Of a stretch of DNA of 64,000 nucleotides, positions 45,984-55,550 are shown in pieces (position 1 is the stretch's first letter; the number at the start of each line of letters is the position of its first letter). The notes below the pieces were generated by a model. That model was not told where the DNA came from, searched no databases, and saw only the letters and a list, made by a program, of their open reading frames with translations. The position numbers and the translations under genes were made by a program. Source of the DNA: a virus; the IMG/VR virus record IMGVR_UViG_3300027418_000370; one strand, 5' to 3'.

Positions 45984-47906
45984 ATGAAAAAATTATTTGT
46001 AGCATTAGCTGCATTAATCAGCCTAACTGCCTTTGGACAGAATGGTAAGCTTGAAGTACTCACAGCTCCAAATTCCAACAGTCCTTACATCTTAGTAGAT
46101 ACCCTCTTCACATTAGAGGATACTTCTGTAACGACAGACATCTACATCCACTTTGCTAACCCTACAGCAAATGATGTCAAAGCTGTTCAGTTCAGATTGT
46201 TCTACGATGCTGTTAGATTCTCCAACGCTCAGATTTACTGGGGACCAACAGCCACTCCTGTAGCAGACAAATACGGCTCTTACTTTAAGAGCGGAGATTA
46301 CATTAACGTAATCGCTTCTTACACAGGAACATCCTCTAACTTTAACTGGGCTGACGGAGCAATGTTTAAATTAAGATTGACTCACTCTTCAGCTTATGCT
46401 GGTATTGCTGACTCAATTGCTATTGCAGGCTCTACTTCCTATAACAACTTAGCTACAACTGGCAACGGTACAGACGTTGCTTTAGGAATGTATAACTACG
46501 GAGGTAACTTCCAGATGCAGCCTCAATCATTCCCAATCAAAGTTAGAAACGCTGATGGATCAAATGCATTAGGAGTTTGGTTTACAGCTTCTAAGAGATT
46601 AAAAACAGATACTCAAGGTTCATGGACAACTATCGTATCTGATTCTACAGATGCAACTGGCCTTATGGTTGTTACTCACCCAATCGATACTGCTTACTGG
46701 CATTTAAGATTAGTAACTCAGACTGACACAATGTCTGACGGCTCTGCTATCTCTATTGTAGATGCTTATAAATTAGCTAATGCTGCTTCAATGCAAGATA
46801 CTTTAACAGGTATTGAATTATATGAAGGTGATATCAACGAGAGTGGTGATGCTACTATCTCTGATGCATTCGCAGTCTTTAACAGATTAGCTCTAGGAAC
46901 TACTAACTGGAACTCTTTATTCACAGGCGTTAATAACGTAGCTGTACTATGGCCTTCAGAATGGCAATCAGCAGTAGCTGCTACTTCTTTCCCTGCTTGG
47001 ACTAGTGCTCCTAGGAGATATGCAATCGATACGTTAGTAAACGGAATGGATAGCTTAAAGCCTTACATCTATGTAATTGGTGACGCTACTACAACTGGCT
47101 ATAACAACCCAGCTGTACTAGTAGGTAAGATGGCTAACCCAGGTACAGGTACTGAGTACATCTTAGACCCAGCTGTCTATATGCAGAACATCGACGATAC
47201 AGTTCAGTTTAGAATTCCTAAGCTAGTAATGACTCAGGATTATGAGATGCAAGTTCCTGTTGTAATGTTTACTTACGGCAACAGTATCGGAGCAGCTCAA
47301 ATGGCTATCGAGTATGATACTAATATCTTTAGATTTACTTCTATCGATATGGGTGATGCACCTTCTAAGTGGACTTCAATCCTATCAGTAGAGAAAGGAA
47401 AAGTATTCTGGGCCGGTCACGAAGACAAGCTTAACCCATCTGTGATTACAGACATGACTACAACCTTTACTTTCAACTTCGAAGTTATTCAACCTCTAGG
47501 TTGGCAGACATCTCCTCTAAAGATCAGCCAGAAGTTTGCTGGTGATGAGAATGCTTATGACTTAAACATCAAGCCTTCACCTAACGATGGTTCAGTTGTT
47601 AATAAGATGTCAATCGAGCCAGGCTTGTTAGAGCTTATTGAAGGCTTTAAAGTATATCCTAATCCAACATCAGCTGATTATGATAACTGGGTCTTCATTG
47701 AGCACCACAACGATTACGAAGGTAGCACTTTACGCGCTGCAGTTTACAATATGTACGGCCAGCAGGTTATGTACTGGGAAGATCAAATTCAACAGAAAGG
47801 TTTCCAATTCCAAGGCTTCCAATTAAGTAACCTTCCAAAAGGTACATACTTAATCAAGCTAGTTGCTCATGATAGAGAAAAAGTTTATAGAATAATTAAA
47901 TACTAA
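45984..47906 (+). CDS. Secreted cohesin/dockerin-like protein with T9SS type-A C-terminal sorting domain
   Basis: Signal peptide; cohesin-like AVQFRLFYD and AAQMAIEYDTN; dockerin-like GDINESGDATISDAF; CTD KVYPNPT...VYNMYGQQV...LSNLPKGTYLIKL...RIIK. Confidence 0.8.
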   Translation: MKKLFVALAALISLTAFGQNGKLEVLTAPNSNSPYILVDTLFTLEDTSVTTDIYIHFANPTANDVKAVQFRLFYDAVRFSNAQIYWGPTATPVADKYGSYFKSGDYINVIASYTGTSSNFNWADGAMFKLRLTHSSAYAGIADSIAIAGSTSYNNLATTGNGTDVALGMYNYGGNFQMQPQSFPIKVRNADGSNALGVWFTASKRLKTDTQGSWTTIVSDSTDATGLMVVTHPIDTAYWHLRLVTQTDTMSDGSAISIVDAYKLANAASMQDTLTGIELYEGDINESGDATISDAFAVFNRLALGTTNWNSLFTGVNNVAVLWPSEWQSAVAATSFPAWTSAPRRYAIDTLVNGMDSLKPYIYVIGDATTTGYNNPAVLVGKMANPGTGTEYILDPAVYMQNIDDTVQFRIPKLVMTQDYEMQVPVVMFTYGNSIGAAQMAIEYDTNIFRFTSIDMGDAPSKWTSILSVEKGKVFWAGHEDKLNPSVITDMTTTFTFNFEVIQPLGWQTSPLKISQKFAGDENAYDLNIKPSPNDGSVVNKMSIEPGLLELIEGFKVYPNPTSADYDNWVFIEHHNDYEGSTLRAAVYNMYGQQVMYWEDQIQQKGFQFQGFQLSNLPKGTYLIKLVAHDREKVYRIIKY

Positions 47907-47909
47907 ATT

Positions 47910-48284
47910 ATGTCAGAAGAACAAGAAGGAGGAATGTCAACTCTTAAGAAGACTATCCTCGGTATCGGTACAACAATCATCACAGGCGCCGGCGCTTATG
48001 TAACAACTCACATCGACGCTTTGTTCGGTATAGAGGAAGAAGCTGCTACAGAAGTAGCTGCACCTGTACAGAACAACCAACAGAGTGTTAATGTGACTGG
48101 TCCAGAGATTATTATTAATATGCCAGAACAGAAAGCTGCGCCATCTCAGACAACTATCATCAGAGAGACTGTTAAGGAAGTTCCTGCAGCACCAGTTGAG
48201 GTAGTTGAAGAGAAGCCGGAGACAAATGCTGAAAGAATGGCTCGTCTAAAGAAAGCAAAAGAAGAACGTAACGCAGGTAAGTAA
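47910..48284 (+). CDS. Single-pass membrane protein
   Basis: N-terminal TM segment, Pro/Glu-rich linker. Confidence 0.55.
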   Translation: MSEEQEGGMSTLKKTILGIGTTIITGAGAYVTTHIDALFGIEEEAATEVAAPVQNNQQSVNVTGPEIIINMPEQKAAPSQTTIIRETVKEVPAAPVEVVEEKPETNAERMARLKKAKEERNAGK

Positions 48285-48286
48285 TC

Positions 48287-49027
48287 ATGAGAACAAGAAG
48301 AGATGAAGTTTTAGAGCTTATATTTGCTCCACTAGGTTTAGTATTAGTTGTATTTAGTTTGCTCTTTGTAGGAGGAATGGCTACGTCTTGTAGCTCTTCT
48401 ATTGGAGTAGTTCAATATCAAGCTGAGTTTGAGAAGGCAGAAGAGTTAAATACTCTACCAATCTACACAGGTGAAAGACAAGTAGTACAGTTATCTAAAC
48501 TAAACGTTAATAAAGAGCTGTGGGATATGTTTCCTGAGCTTAGAGACAAGAGAGTTGGTTTAGGAGTATCAAATAGAATTATTGAGAACTTTGAGATGAC
48601 AGGCCGCTTTAGCTATGCTGAAGAGAAAGATGCTATTGTATCTCAGATGTTAGATGCATGGGAGACAGAGTTAGAAGGTATGTCCAACGGTCAAACAGAA
48701 CTTACCATGGAAGGTATAGCTGTACCAAAATACATTGTCTATGCTGAAATTTACGACTTCGCTGTATCATACGGAGAAGATTATAACAAAGGTAAAGTCC
48801 AAAAGACTAACACTACCATCATCGGTATTCAAATCAGAATGGTTAATGTAGACAACTCACAGTACATTGTAGCATCAGGACAAGGAACAGCTACTCAGAT
48901 TGGTGAGGGTATGTTTAAAGATCCTAAAATGGGATTCGATCAGTCTACAGTCGGTATTGCTACACAACGTGCTCTTGAGGTCGCTACAGTGAACCTTGTC
49001 AAGCGCATGGAGGCTTATGGATGGTAA
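48287..49027 (+). CDS. CsgG/HfaB-family lipoprotein
   Basis: Lipobox ATS-C; TGRFSYAE, YIVYAEIYDF, IQIRMVNVDNSQYIVASGQG resemble the CsgG fold. Confidence 0.7.
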   Translation: MRTRRDEVLELIFAPLGLVLVVFSLLFVGGMATSCSSSIGVVQYQAEFEKAEELNTLPIYTGERQVVQLSKLNVNKELWDMFPELRDKRVGLGVSNRIIENFEMTGRFSYAEEKDAIVSQMLDAWETELEGMSNGQTELTMEGIAVPKYIVYAEIYDFAVSYGEDYNKGKVQKTNTTIIGIQIRMVNVDNSQYIVASGQGTATQIGEGMFKDPKMGFDQSTVGIATQRALEVATVNLVKRMEAYGW

Positions 49028-50531
49028 ATGGTGGAAAGTATTAATTTTACTGGTACTCGGATTCAGTAGCTACGGACAGTACGTTTACACCTACACCGAT
49101 CCTTGTACCGGAATACTTAATGCTGTCACTATTACCCAGCCATCAGGCAGTGTAACCTTATTCTATGCAGGACAATACAACACCTTTACTCAGGCCCAGC
49201 TTCAAGCCGGAGCATTCGAGCTTTGGGTACAAAGTGTTAACGCAACTGCTCCTCCAGGAAGTAACCCCTGCGCTGGAGCAGGAGGAACTCTCTCTACAGG
49301 ATCAAATGCAACTACTGGTACTAATACAGCCACTAATATCTCAGGCATAGTAGGTGTAGCAGCTAATATAGGAGGGAGTTTAGGAAGTGGAGCAGCATCA
49401 TCAACAGGAGGAGCAACAGGAGGGTCGACCAGTAACAATGACAACAACGGAAGCGGTTCGAACAATTCTACTGGTGGAAGTACTTCTACTGGCGGTAGCG
49501 GTTCTGGATCCGGCTCATCAGGGTCCTCTGGTAGCTCTGGCGGTAATGCTGGGACTGGTGGCGGTTCCGGTGGCTCTACTGGCTCGGGCGGAGGCTCAGG
49601 CTCGACTGGAGGATCTGGAGGCTCAGGTTCAGGAGGCGGTGCTACAGGAGGATCTGGAGGAGGTCAAGGAGGAGACAATTCAGGAAACGGAATAGGTGGC
49701 GGAGGTGATGCCGGAGGAGTAGATACAGGAACTAATACTGGAGGTACTTCTGATGGTGGAACTGATGCTGGTGCTGTAGGAGGTACAGAGAATACTTCAA
49801 CAGCCTCAGGAGGAGACTCTGAATCATCTTCCTCAGAAGGAGATGGAGGAGGAGGATCTGGTGGAGGTAAGAAGCAGAAATCTAAACAAGAGAAGATTGG
49901 TAGAGGTGCTTTAATTGGTGCCGGTGACTTTGTTATTGTTAGAAACTCTTCTGATATTAAACAGAGTGGAATGGACAACTTTAAGTTCAATATGTCTCTT
50001 ACTCACGTTAATACTAAACAGACTTTCATCAAAGGTATTAACTTTAACTTTACCACAGGAGAGAATGTATTGAATAGTACTTTGTACGGTTCATATAAGA
50101 AAGAAGGCTTCATGGGAGTATTCTCTAACTCTACTATGACTAACTTTAAGACTGATATCTTCAATACAACTACAGCGTTAGTAGCTCAAAAGGTTTGGAT
50201 AGTAACTCCTATGTTAGGAACTAACTTTACGTTAGGTAAGATAGGTGATAGCGACTTCCAGAACTGGTCTATTGTAGCAGGAGGCTATACAAACTTTAAA
50301 GGTATTCAAGCTCTATCAGGTAACGTAATGTTACTTGGTATCTATTCTCCGTACATATTTTATTATGAAGGACAGTGGTATAAGTCTGGACTCCTATTTG
50401 TTCCTCTAGCGAACGTTGATTTTAAAATCACAAGTACGTTTAAGTGGAGTATTTCTTTTGGAGGAGCTTACCAGTACAATGCAGATATATTAAACTACCA
50501 GCTATCAACTGGAACAAAAATTATGTTATGA
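49017..50531 (+). CDS. Secreted protein with long Gly/Ser/Thr-rich linker and C-terminal beta-barrel-like domain
   Basis: Signal peptide ending SYG-Q; about 170 aa of low-complexity G/S; amphipathic beta-strands at the C-terminus. Confidence 0.65.
   Translation: MDGKWWKVLILLVLGFSSYGQYVYTYTDPCTGILNAVTITQPSGSVTLFYAGQYNTFTQAQLQAGAFELWVQSVNATAPPGSNPCAGAGGTLSTGSNATTGTNTATNISGIVGVAANIGGSLGSGAASSTGGATGGSTSNNDNNGSGSNNSTGGSTSTGGSGSGSGSSGSSGSSGGNAGTGGGSGGSTGSGGGSGSTGGSGGSGSGGGATGGSGGGQGGDNSGNGIGGGGDAGGVDTGTNTGGTSDGGTDAGAVGGTENTSTASGGDSESSSSEGDGGGGSGGGKKQKSKQEKIGRGALIGAGDFVIVRNSSDIKQSGMDNFKFNMSLTHVNTKQTFIKGINFNFTTGENVLNSTLYGSYKKEGFMGVFSNSTMTNFKTDIFNTTTALVAQKVWIVTPMLGTNFTLGKIGDSDFQNWSIVAGGYTNFKGIQALSGNVMLLGIYSPYIFYYEGQWYKSGLLFVPLANVDFKITSTFKWSISFGGAYQYNADILNYQLSTGTKIML
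49380..49868 (+). repeat. Low-complexity Gly/Ser-coding repeat
   Basis: Imperfect GGx/TCx codon repeats encoding GGSGSG units. Confidence 0.7.
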
Positions 50532-51718
50532 AAAAGCTACTGCTGTTATTTCTTCCCTTATCCACTCTAGCACAGACTATAACCTTTGCTACTGTTGGTG
50601 TACAGGACATGACCGGCATTAGTGTTGAAGTAGAACATTATGTACCAGGAGGTACTTCAGGAACTATTACAGCTTTAGGTACAACTGTACCTACGGATAG
50701 AGGACAAGCCTCTAATGTAGTTTTCTCAACAGCTAACTCAGACCAAGGAAGCGTTTTAATTAACTTCCCTACAGGGTATAGCTATACAATTGGAGCTACT
50801 ACTCACACAACAGGTACCCTTCATGCTAATGCCTGGATGGCATTCCCTTCTACTACATATAATAGTTACAATAGCTCTGCTACAGCTCCTAACGTACCAA
50901 CACTTCACTTCACTTCAGTCGACAACGGCTCTACAGATAATAATATGTCTCATGTATCTTGGGAGACGTACACTGATGTTACATACGGAGATGTATTTAG
51001 GATAAGGTACGAAGGAAGCTATAAATACAATGTGAGTGGCATTAATACTAAAATAGATTTATACTTCTTTAAAAACGATCCTGCTAAATGCTTTGTAGTA
51101 CTTAGAACATTCCTAGCTGATGGATCTAATCAAGAACAAATCGGACTATCAAACGGAAGTACTTGGTTAGCTTCTAACTTAATCAGTAACGCAACATACT
51201 CTTCAGGAGTAGGCTTTCAAATAACGAACGCAGTATCTAATTCAATCTGGTCTTCACAAGGAGTACAGACAACTACATCAACAGGTTCAGTAACATTCTC
51301 TAACCCAAACAGCTATCAATATAGAGTAATTGTAAACGTAAGCGGAATAGACAATACATTTACAGAGTCAGAGATGAACTACTTAATGTATCTAAGAATG
51401 TTTCCTACTGAGATAGCATCATGGGATTACCATACAATGAACTTCTACGCACCAGACAGTTCTGATATTGTAACTTACTCAGATGTATTCTCTGCTTACC
51501 AAATATACAAATGGGGACAGAACTTTGGGTACACTTACAATAACAACTGGGTGTACTCTCAAGCAGAGAAGGATGATATAGAAGTAAATGCTAATAGTTT
51601 AACATACCATCTGAAGTATCCTCAAGCAGCAGTACGAACATTTAACAATCTTAACAGGTTTTATATTGTATCACTTGGTAAACATCGCCAAACTAAACCA
51701 GTAAATAAAATCCAATGA
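50528..51718 (+). CDS. Secreted beta-rich protein with degenerate dockerin-like C-terminal motif
   Basis: MKKLLLLFLPLSTLA-Q signal peptide; DIVTYSDVFSAYQ. Confidence 0.55.
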   Translation: MKKLLLLFLPLSTLAQTITFATVGVQDMTGISVEVEHYVPGGTSGTITALGTTVPTDRGQASNVVFSTANSDQGSVLINFPTGYSYTIGATTHTTGTLHANAWMAFPSTTYNSYNSSATAPNVPTLHFTSVDNGSTDNNMSHVSWETYTDVTYGDVFRIRYEGSYKYNVSGINTKIDLYFFKNDPAKCFVVLRTFLADGSNQEQIGLSNGSTWLASNLISNATYSSGVGFQITNAVSNSIWSSQGVQTTTSTGSVTFSNPNSYQYRVIVNVSGIDNTFTESEMNYLMYLRMFPTEIASWDYHTMNFYAPDSSDIVTYSDVFSAYQIYKWGQNFGYTYNNNWVYSQAEKDDIEVNANSLTYHLKYPQAAVRTFNNLNRFYIVSLGKHRQTKPVNKIQ

Positions 51719-52113
51719 ACCCAATCGTATGTTACTTCGTCGCTAGTGTAATGTCTCTAGCATCAATCAATGGAATCGAACAAGAGAAATTTACGTTCGG
51801 TGTAAGACAAATCACAGAAGAGATCGTAGGACAGCAGGCTCCTTTATGTCCTGATGGCAGTCCTATCTATGTTGTAGTAGAAGAGATTAAAGCTCCTACT
51901 CAAGGTATTCGTGTAGGTCCTTTTGAGTTTAAACAAAAGAAAACCTATGTTACTGTTAAGGTAACTAAGGATGGTAAAGAGTCTGTAGGAGTAGGAACAG
52001 CTAAGATGAATGTAGCAGCTACTCTACTTCAACTTCAGGATGAAAATCTTCCATTCGAACAAACAGAATTTTCTATTGCAATCAAGAAAGCTATTGTGGA
52101 TGCGTTAGACTGA
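51715..52113 (+). CDS. Small protein, possibly a second CsgG-like fold
   Basis: FTFGVRQITEEIV...GVGTAK...FEQTEFSIAIKKAI parallels the 48287 protein (GLGVSNRIIE...GQGTA...FDQSTVGIATQRAL). Confidence 0.45.
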   Translation: MNPIVCYFVASVMSLASINGIEQEKFTFGVRQITEEIVGQQAPLCPDGSPIYVVVEEIKAPTQGIRVGPFEFKQKKTYVTVKVTKDGKESVGVGTAKMNVAATLLQLQDENLPFEQTEFSIAIKKAIVDALD

Positions 52114-52154
52114 GCCTATTTATCTGAAAGAAGTTTCACTTAATTTGTTGTGCT

Positions 52155-52427
52155 ATGTTAAATTATATTAAAAAGAAATTTATGGCGTTTTCAGACATTT
52201 TTAAGGATGATAACTCATACAATGAAAAGAACATTGTAGGGTTTGCTTCTTTTGCAGTAATGAGTATCTTTGCTGCTGCCGATATCGTAACAGGTATCTT
52301 AGGTATGGACTTAGTAATCTCTGATACTATCTTCAACTCATTCGTAATTATCGTATTGGGTTCATTTGGTATCGATGGTGCTACTAAGATCTTCAGCAAA
52401 GAGAATAAAGAAGAAGAACAAGGTTAA
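52155..52427 (+). CDS. Two-TM membrane protein, holin-like
   Basis: Two hydrophobic helices, charged C-terminus, directly upstream of the endolysin. Confidence 0.55.
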   Translation: MLNYIKKKFMAFSDIFKDDNSYNEKNIVGFASFAVMSIFAAADIVTGILGMDLVISDTIFNSFVIIVLGSFGIDGATKIFSKENKEEEQG

Positions 52428-52438
52428 AATAGTTTACA

Positions 52439-53254
52439 ATGGTATTAAGAAAAGGTGACAATAACGAAACCGTAAAGAAGATCCAAAAGGTCTTAGGTGT
52501 CGAGCAAGTAGGTAACTTTGGTCCTAAGACTGAAGCTGCTGTTAAGGAATGGCAGAAGAAGAACGGACTAGCTGCCGACGGTATTGTTGGCCCTGCTACT
52601 CTAGCTAAGATGGGCATTGTAGTAGAGGCAGCACCAGTTAAAGCTCCTAACAACACTCCTACAGCTGATGCAAAGTATAGCAAAGAGAAGATCGAAGCTA
52701 CTATCAAAGCAAAAGACTATCAATGGTTCGAAGGTGACTACGTACTTAACATTGTAGGTGTTCGTAATTCAGACACAGGTACAGCCGTAACAAATGCTTT
52801 CGATGATAAGATTACTTTATCTTATATGGCTGAAGGCAAATGGGTATACAAGGAGTGGATGAATACAACTGACCCTGGTACAAAAGGAGTTAAGGAGTAT
52901 CACAACGCTGCCGGAGTAGCTAGATTAGTTCCTGGTCAATACATCAACTCACACTTCTTAGGTAAGCACCAAGGTAAGTATGAAGCTCTTAAGCAAGGCG
53001 GTAAAGTAAAAGTATACCGTGATGCTAACAGAGATATGAATTATGATGAGAAAGTTATCCAAGAGGGTGTATTCGGAATCAATATTCACAAGGCCGGAGC
53101 CAATTCTACTTATGTAGAGAACTGGTCTGAAGGATGTCAAGTTTTCAAAAGAGCAGCTGACTTCGAAGAGTTCATGACTATCGTGAGAGCTTCAGTAGCA
53201 AAGGGTCACACTAAGTTTACTTATACTCTAATTGAATCTAAAGACATCGCATAA
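52439..53254 (+). CDS. Endolysin with N-terminal peptidoglycan-binding domain
   Basis: PG_binding_1 motif FGPKTEAAVKEWQKKNGLAADGIVGPAT; C-terminal GINIH...WSEGCQV. Confidence 0.8.
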   Translation: MVLRKGDNNETVKKIQKVLGVEQVGNFGPKTEAAVKEWQKKNGLAADGIVGPATLAKMGIVVEAAPVKAPNNTPTADAKYSKEKIEATIKAKDYQWFEGDYVLNIVGVRNSDTGTAVTNAFDDKITLSYMAEGKWVYKEWMNTTDPGTKGVKEYHNAAGVARLVPGQYINSHFLGKHQGKYEALKQGGKVKVYRDANRDMNYDEKVIQEGVFGINIHKAGANSTYVENWSEGCQVFKRAADFEEFMTIVRASVAKGHTKFTYTLIESKDIA

Positions 53255-53257
53255 GCT

Positions 53258-53671
53258 ATGAAATCGACGTCCGTGTTCCTATCGATAACTGCAACCTTAA
53301 CATTCATGTGCACCTACTTTATGGAGCTCACAATGAGTAATGCAGAGCAATACTTAGCATTAATAGCGGTTGTATTTATCGATGGGTTCTTCGGCATCGC
53401 CGCAGGCATCAAAAGAGAAGGTTTTCAAACACGAAAGGCTGTAAGAGTATTACAGAGAGCAATAACGTGGGTAGCTTTCTTAACAGTTATATTAATGGTT
53501 GAAAAAGGTTTTGAAGGAACAGGATGGTTATCAGAAACAATCATCGTACCATTTATCATCCTCCAACTACTCAGTGCATTAAAGAACGCCTCAATGGTAG
53601 GCATCATCAAGAGCACAGACCTTAACAAGATCCTAGACAAGATCGATCTACACAAAGGAGATAGAAGTTAA
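53258..53671 (+). CDS. Phage holin (family 4-like)
   Basis: Three TM helices; IDGFFGI, LLSALKNAS. Confidence 0.7.
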   Translation: MKSTSVFLSITATLTFMCTYFMELTMSNAEQYLALIAVVFIDGFFGIAAGIKREGFQTRKAVRVLQRAITWVAFLTVILMVEKGFEGTGWLSETIIVPFIILQLLSALKNASMVGIIKSTDLNKILDKIDLHKGDRS

Positions 53672-53726
53672 GTTGCTCGTTTAAATTATATTTCGTATCT
53701 TATAGTAAATATAATAGATACGGTAT

Positions 53727-54020
53727 ATGATACACATCCTACAGACCCTTACTGCTTTATTTGTTTTTACTATTCTAGTAGCACCTATCGTGATGCTAAC
53801 CATCTTGCTATTACGAGGTACAAAAACTAAGACAGATACTCCTAAAGTATCAATCGATCAAATTGCTCAACTAGAACAGAACGATAGTATCATTGTAGAA
53901 GATATCAATGAAGCTTTATCTGCTATTGCCGGACGCTTAGAGGCGATTGAAGAGCGTTTAGATCGAGAAGAGAACACAGTAAAAGGTTTTGCTAATAAAA
54001 AGAATCAATCAAACGATTAA
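53727..54020 (+). CDS. Membrane-anchored coiled-coil protein
   Basis: N-terminal TM segment plus heptad C-terminus. Confidence 0.5.
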   Translation: MIHILQTLTALFVFTILVAPIVMLTILLLRGTKTKTDTPKVSIDQIAQLEQNDSIIVEDINEALSAIAGRLEAIEERLDREENTVKGFANKKNQSND

Positions 54021-54027
54021 TAGTTAT

Positions 54028-54387
54028 ATGTCAGAAGAAATAGTTAAGTACGGCCCAAGTGCTACTGAGATCCTCAAGAAAGAATATCCTACCATTTATA
54101 ATGGCTATATGGCTGTCATGGAAGAGCAGCTGGAGCTATTTAGTAAGAAACATCTTGACTACGGTATGCATAATATTACTGCTGGTACTCAGCTTAGTAA
54201 TGAAGAAGAAAGGTCTTTTGCTCTTACAGGGCTTTGGTATCGAATGAGCGATAAGATCAATCGTTGGAAGAATTTAATTATTAAGAATAGAGGAACACAA
54301 AATGAATCTCTATCAGATACCTTTCAGGACATCTGTAACTATGCAATCATCTGCCAGCTGGTAGAGAAAGGATTGTGGAAAAAATAA
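54028..54387 (+). CDS. Nucleotide-modification-associated domain protein (DUF1599-like)
   Basis: KKHLDYG...RMSDKINR...ESLSDTFQDICNYAII. Confidence 0.75.
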   Translation: MSEEIVKYGPSATEILKKEYPTIYNGYMAVMEEQLELFSKKHLDYGMHNITAGTQLSNEEERSFALTGLWYRMSDKINRWKNLIIKNRGTQNESLSDTFQDICNYAIICQLVEKGLWKK

Positions 54388-54390
54388 GTT

Positions 54391-55326
54391 ATGGCTAAAA
54401 AACTCCCAAAGGAGGTTAAAGTAGTACAAGAGTATAAAGCTAGAAAAGTTGACTATAGTGTAGAGAAGAATATCTCTTTCAGTCAGATTCTACTCTATGA
54501 TAGCTGTCAATACAAATGGTACCTAACTTACCCTAAGAAGTTAGCACCTTATACACCTTCCATACATACAGTCTTTGGTACTGCTCTTCACGAGACAGCA
54601 CAAGAGTGGTTAGATGTATTATACAATCAAAGTGTTAAGGCTGCTACTGAGATGGACTTATCTGAGTTACTCTTAGATAGAATGAAGAAGACTTATAAGA
54701 AAGAGCGTTACAATAATGCTCATCAAGACTTCACTACTCCTGAACAGCTTCAAGAGTTTCATACTGATGGGGTACAGATATTAAACTACCTCAAGAAGAA
54801 ACGAGCTATATACTTCAGTACAAAGAATACTTACCTAGCAGGTATCGAAGTACCTATCCTTCAGGAGGTAAAGCCTGGTGTACTATTCAAAGGTTTTATT
54901 GACTTAGTATTCTATAACAGCTTCACTAATAAGTATTTGATTATCGATATCAAAACTTCTACTAGAGGCTGGAGCGATTACGAGAAGAAGGACGAAACTA
55001 AAATAGCTCAGATACTTCTATACAAAGAGTACTTCGCCCAGCAATTCAATACCGATGTAGATAATATAGACGTTGAGTACTTTATTGTTCGTAGAAAGAT
55101 CTTCGAAGGAGGAGAGTTTGTACCCAAGCGAGTGCAAGAGTTTAAACCGGCCTCCGGAAAGGTTAAGCGAAAGAAGGCAATGGAGAAGGTTAATAGCTTT
55201 GTAGCAGATGCTTTTGACGATAATGGAAACTATCTTGAAAGAGAGTATCCTAAACAGCCTTCAAAGAGTAGCTGTATGTTTTGTCCTTTTAAAAATAATC
55301 CTTTGTGTAATGTAGCCATAAAGTAG
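54391..55326 (+). CDS. PD-(D/E)XK exonuclease (RecB/Cas4-like)
   Basis: SFSQ...C, GTALHE, GFIDLV, IIDIKT, QILLY, CMFCPFK...C. Confidence 0.85.
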   Translation: MAKKLPKEVKVVQEYKARKVDYSVEKNISFSQILLYDSCQYKWYLTYPKKLAPYTPSIHTVFGTALHETAQEWLDVLYNQSVKAATEMDLSELLLDRMKKTYKKERYNNAHQDFTTPEQLQEFHTDGVQILNYLKKKRAIYFSTKNTYLAGIEVPILQEVKPGVLFKGFIDLVFYNSFTNKYLIIDIKTSTRGWSDYEKKDETKIAQILLYKEYFAQQFNTDVDNIDVEYFIVRRKIFEGGEFVPKRVQEFKPASGKVKRKKAMEKVNSFVADAFDDNGNYLEREYPKQPSKSSCMFCPFKNNPLCNVAIK

Positions 55327-55367
55327 TCTAGGGTATATTTATATATAGATATATAATACTAAAGGCT

Positions 55368-55550
55368 ATGAGTGATAAAAAGCTAACCAGTGTAAGGGTG
55401 GAGCAAGAGTTATTTGAACAGTTTAAGATACAATGTGTACGCCACAAATTTTCTTTTCAAAAGCTTGCCGACCGAGCAATTTTTCTCTATCTTACAGATG
55501 ATAGATTCCGAGAGAAGGTACACAATCAAAATGATATAAGTATCAAATAA
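55368..55550 (+). CDS. Small ribbon-helix-helix-like protein
   Basis: LTSVRV followed by two helices; preceded by TATTTATA. Confidence 0.5.
   Translation: MSDKKLTSVRVEQELFEQFKIQCVRHKFSFQKLADRAIFLYLTDDRFREKVHNQNDISIK

Noticed and set aside
54391-55326. CRISPR-Cas system (Cas4-like gene)
   Set aside because: No repeat-spacer array or other cas genes were seen; solo Cas4-like nucleases are common in phages.
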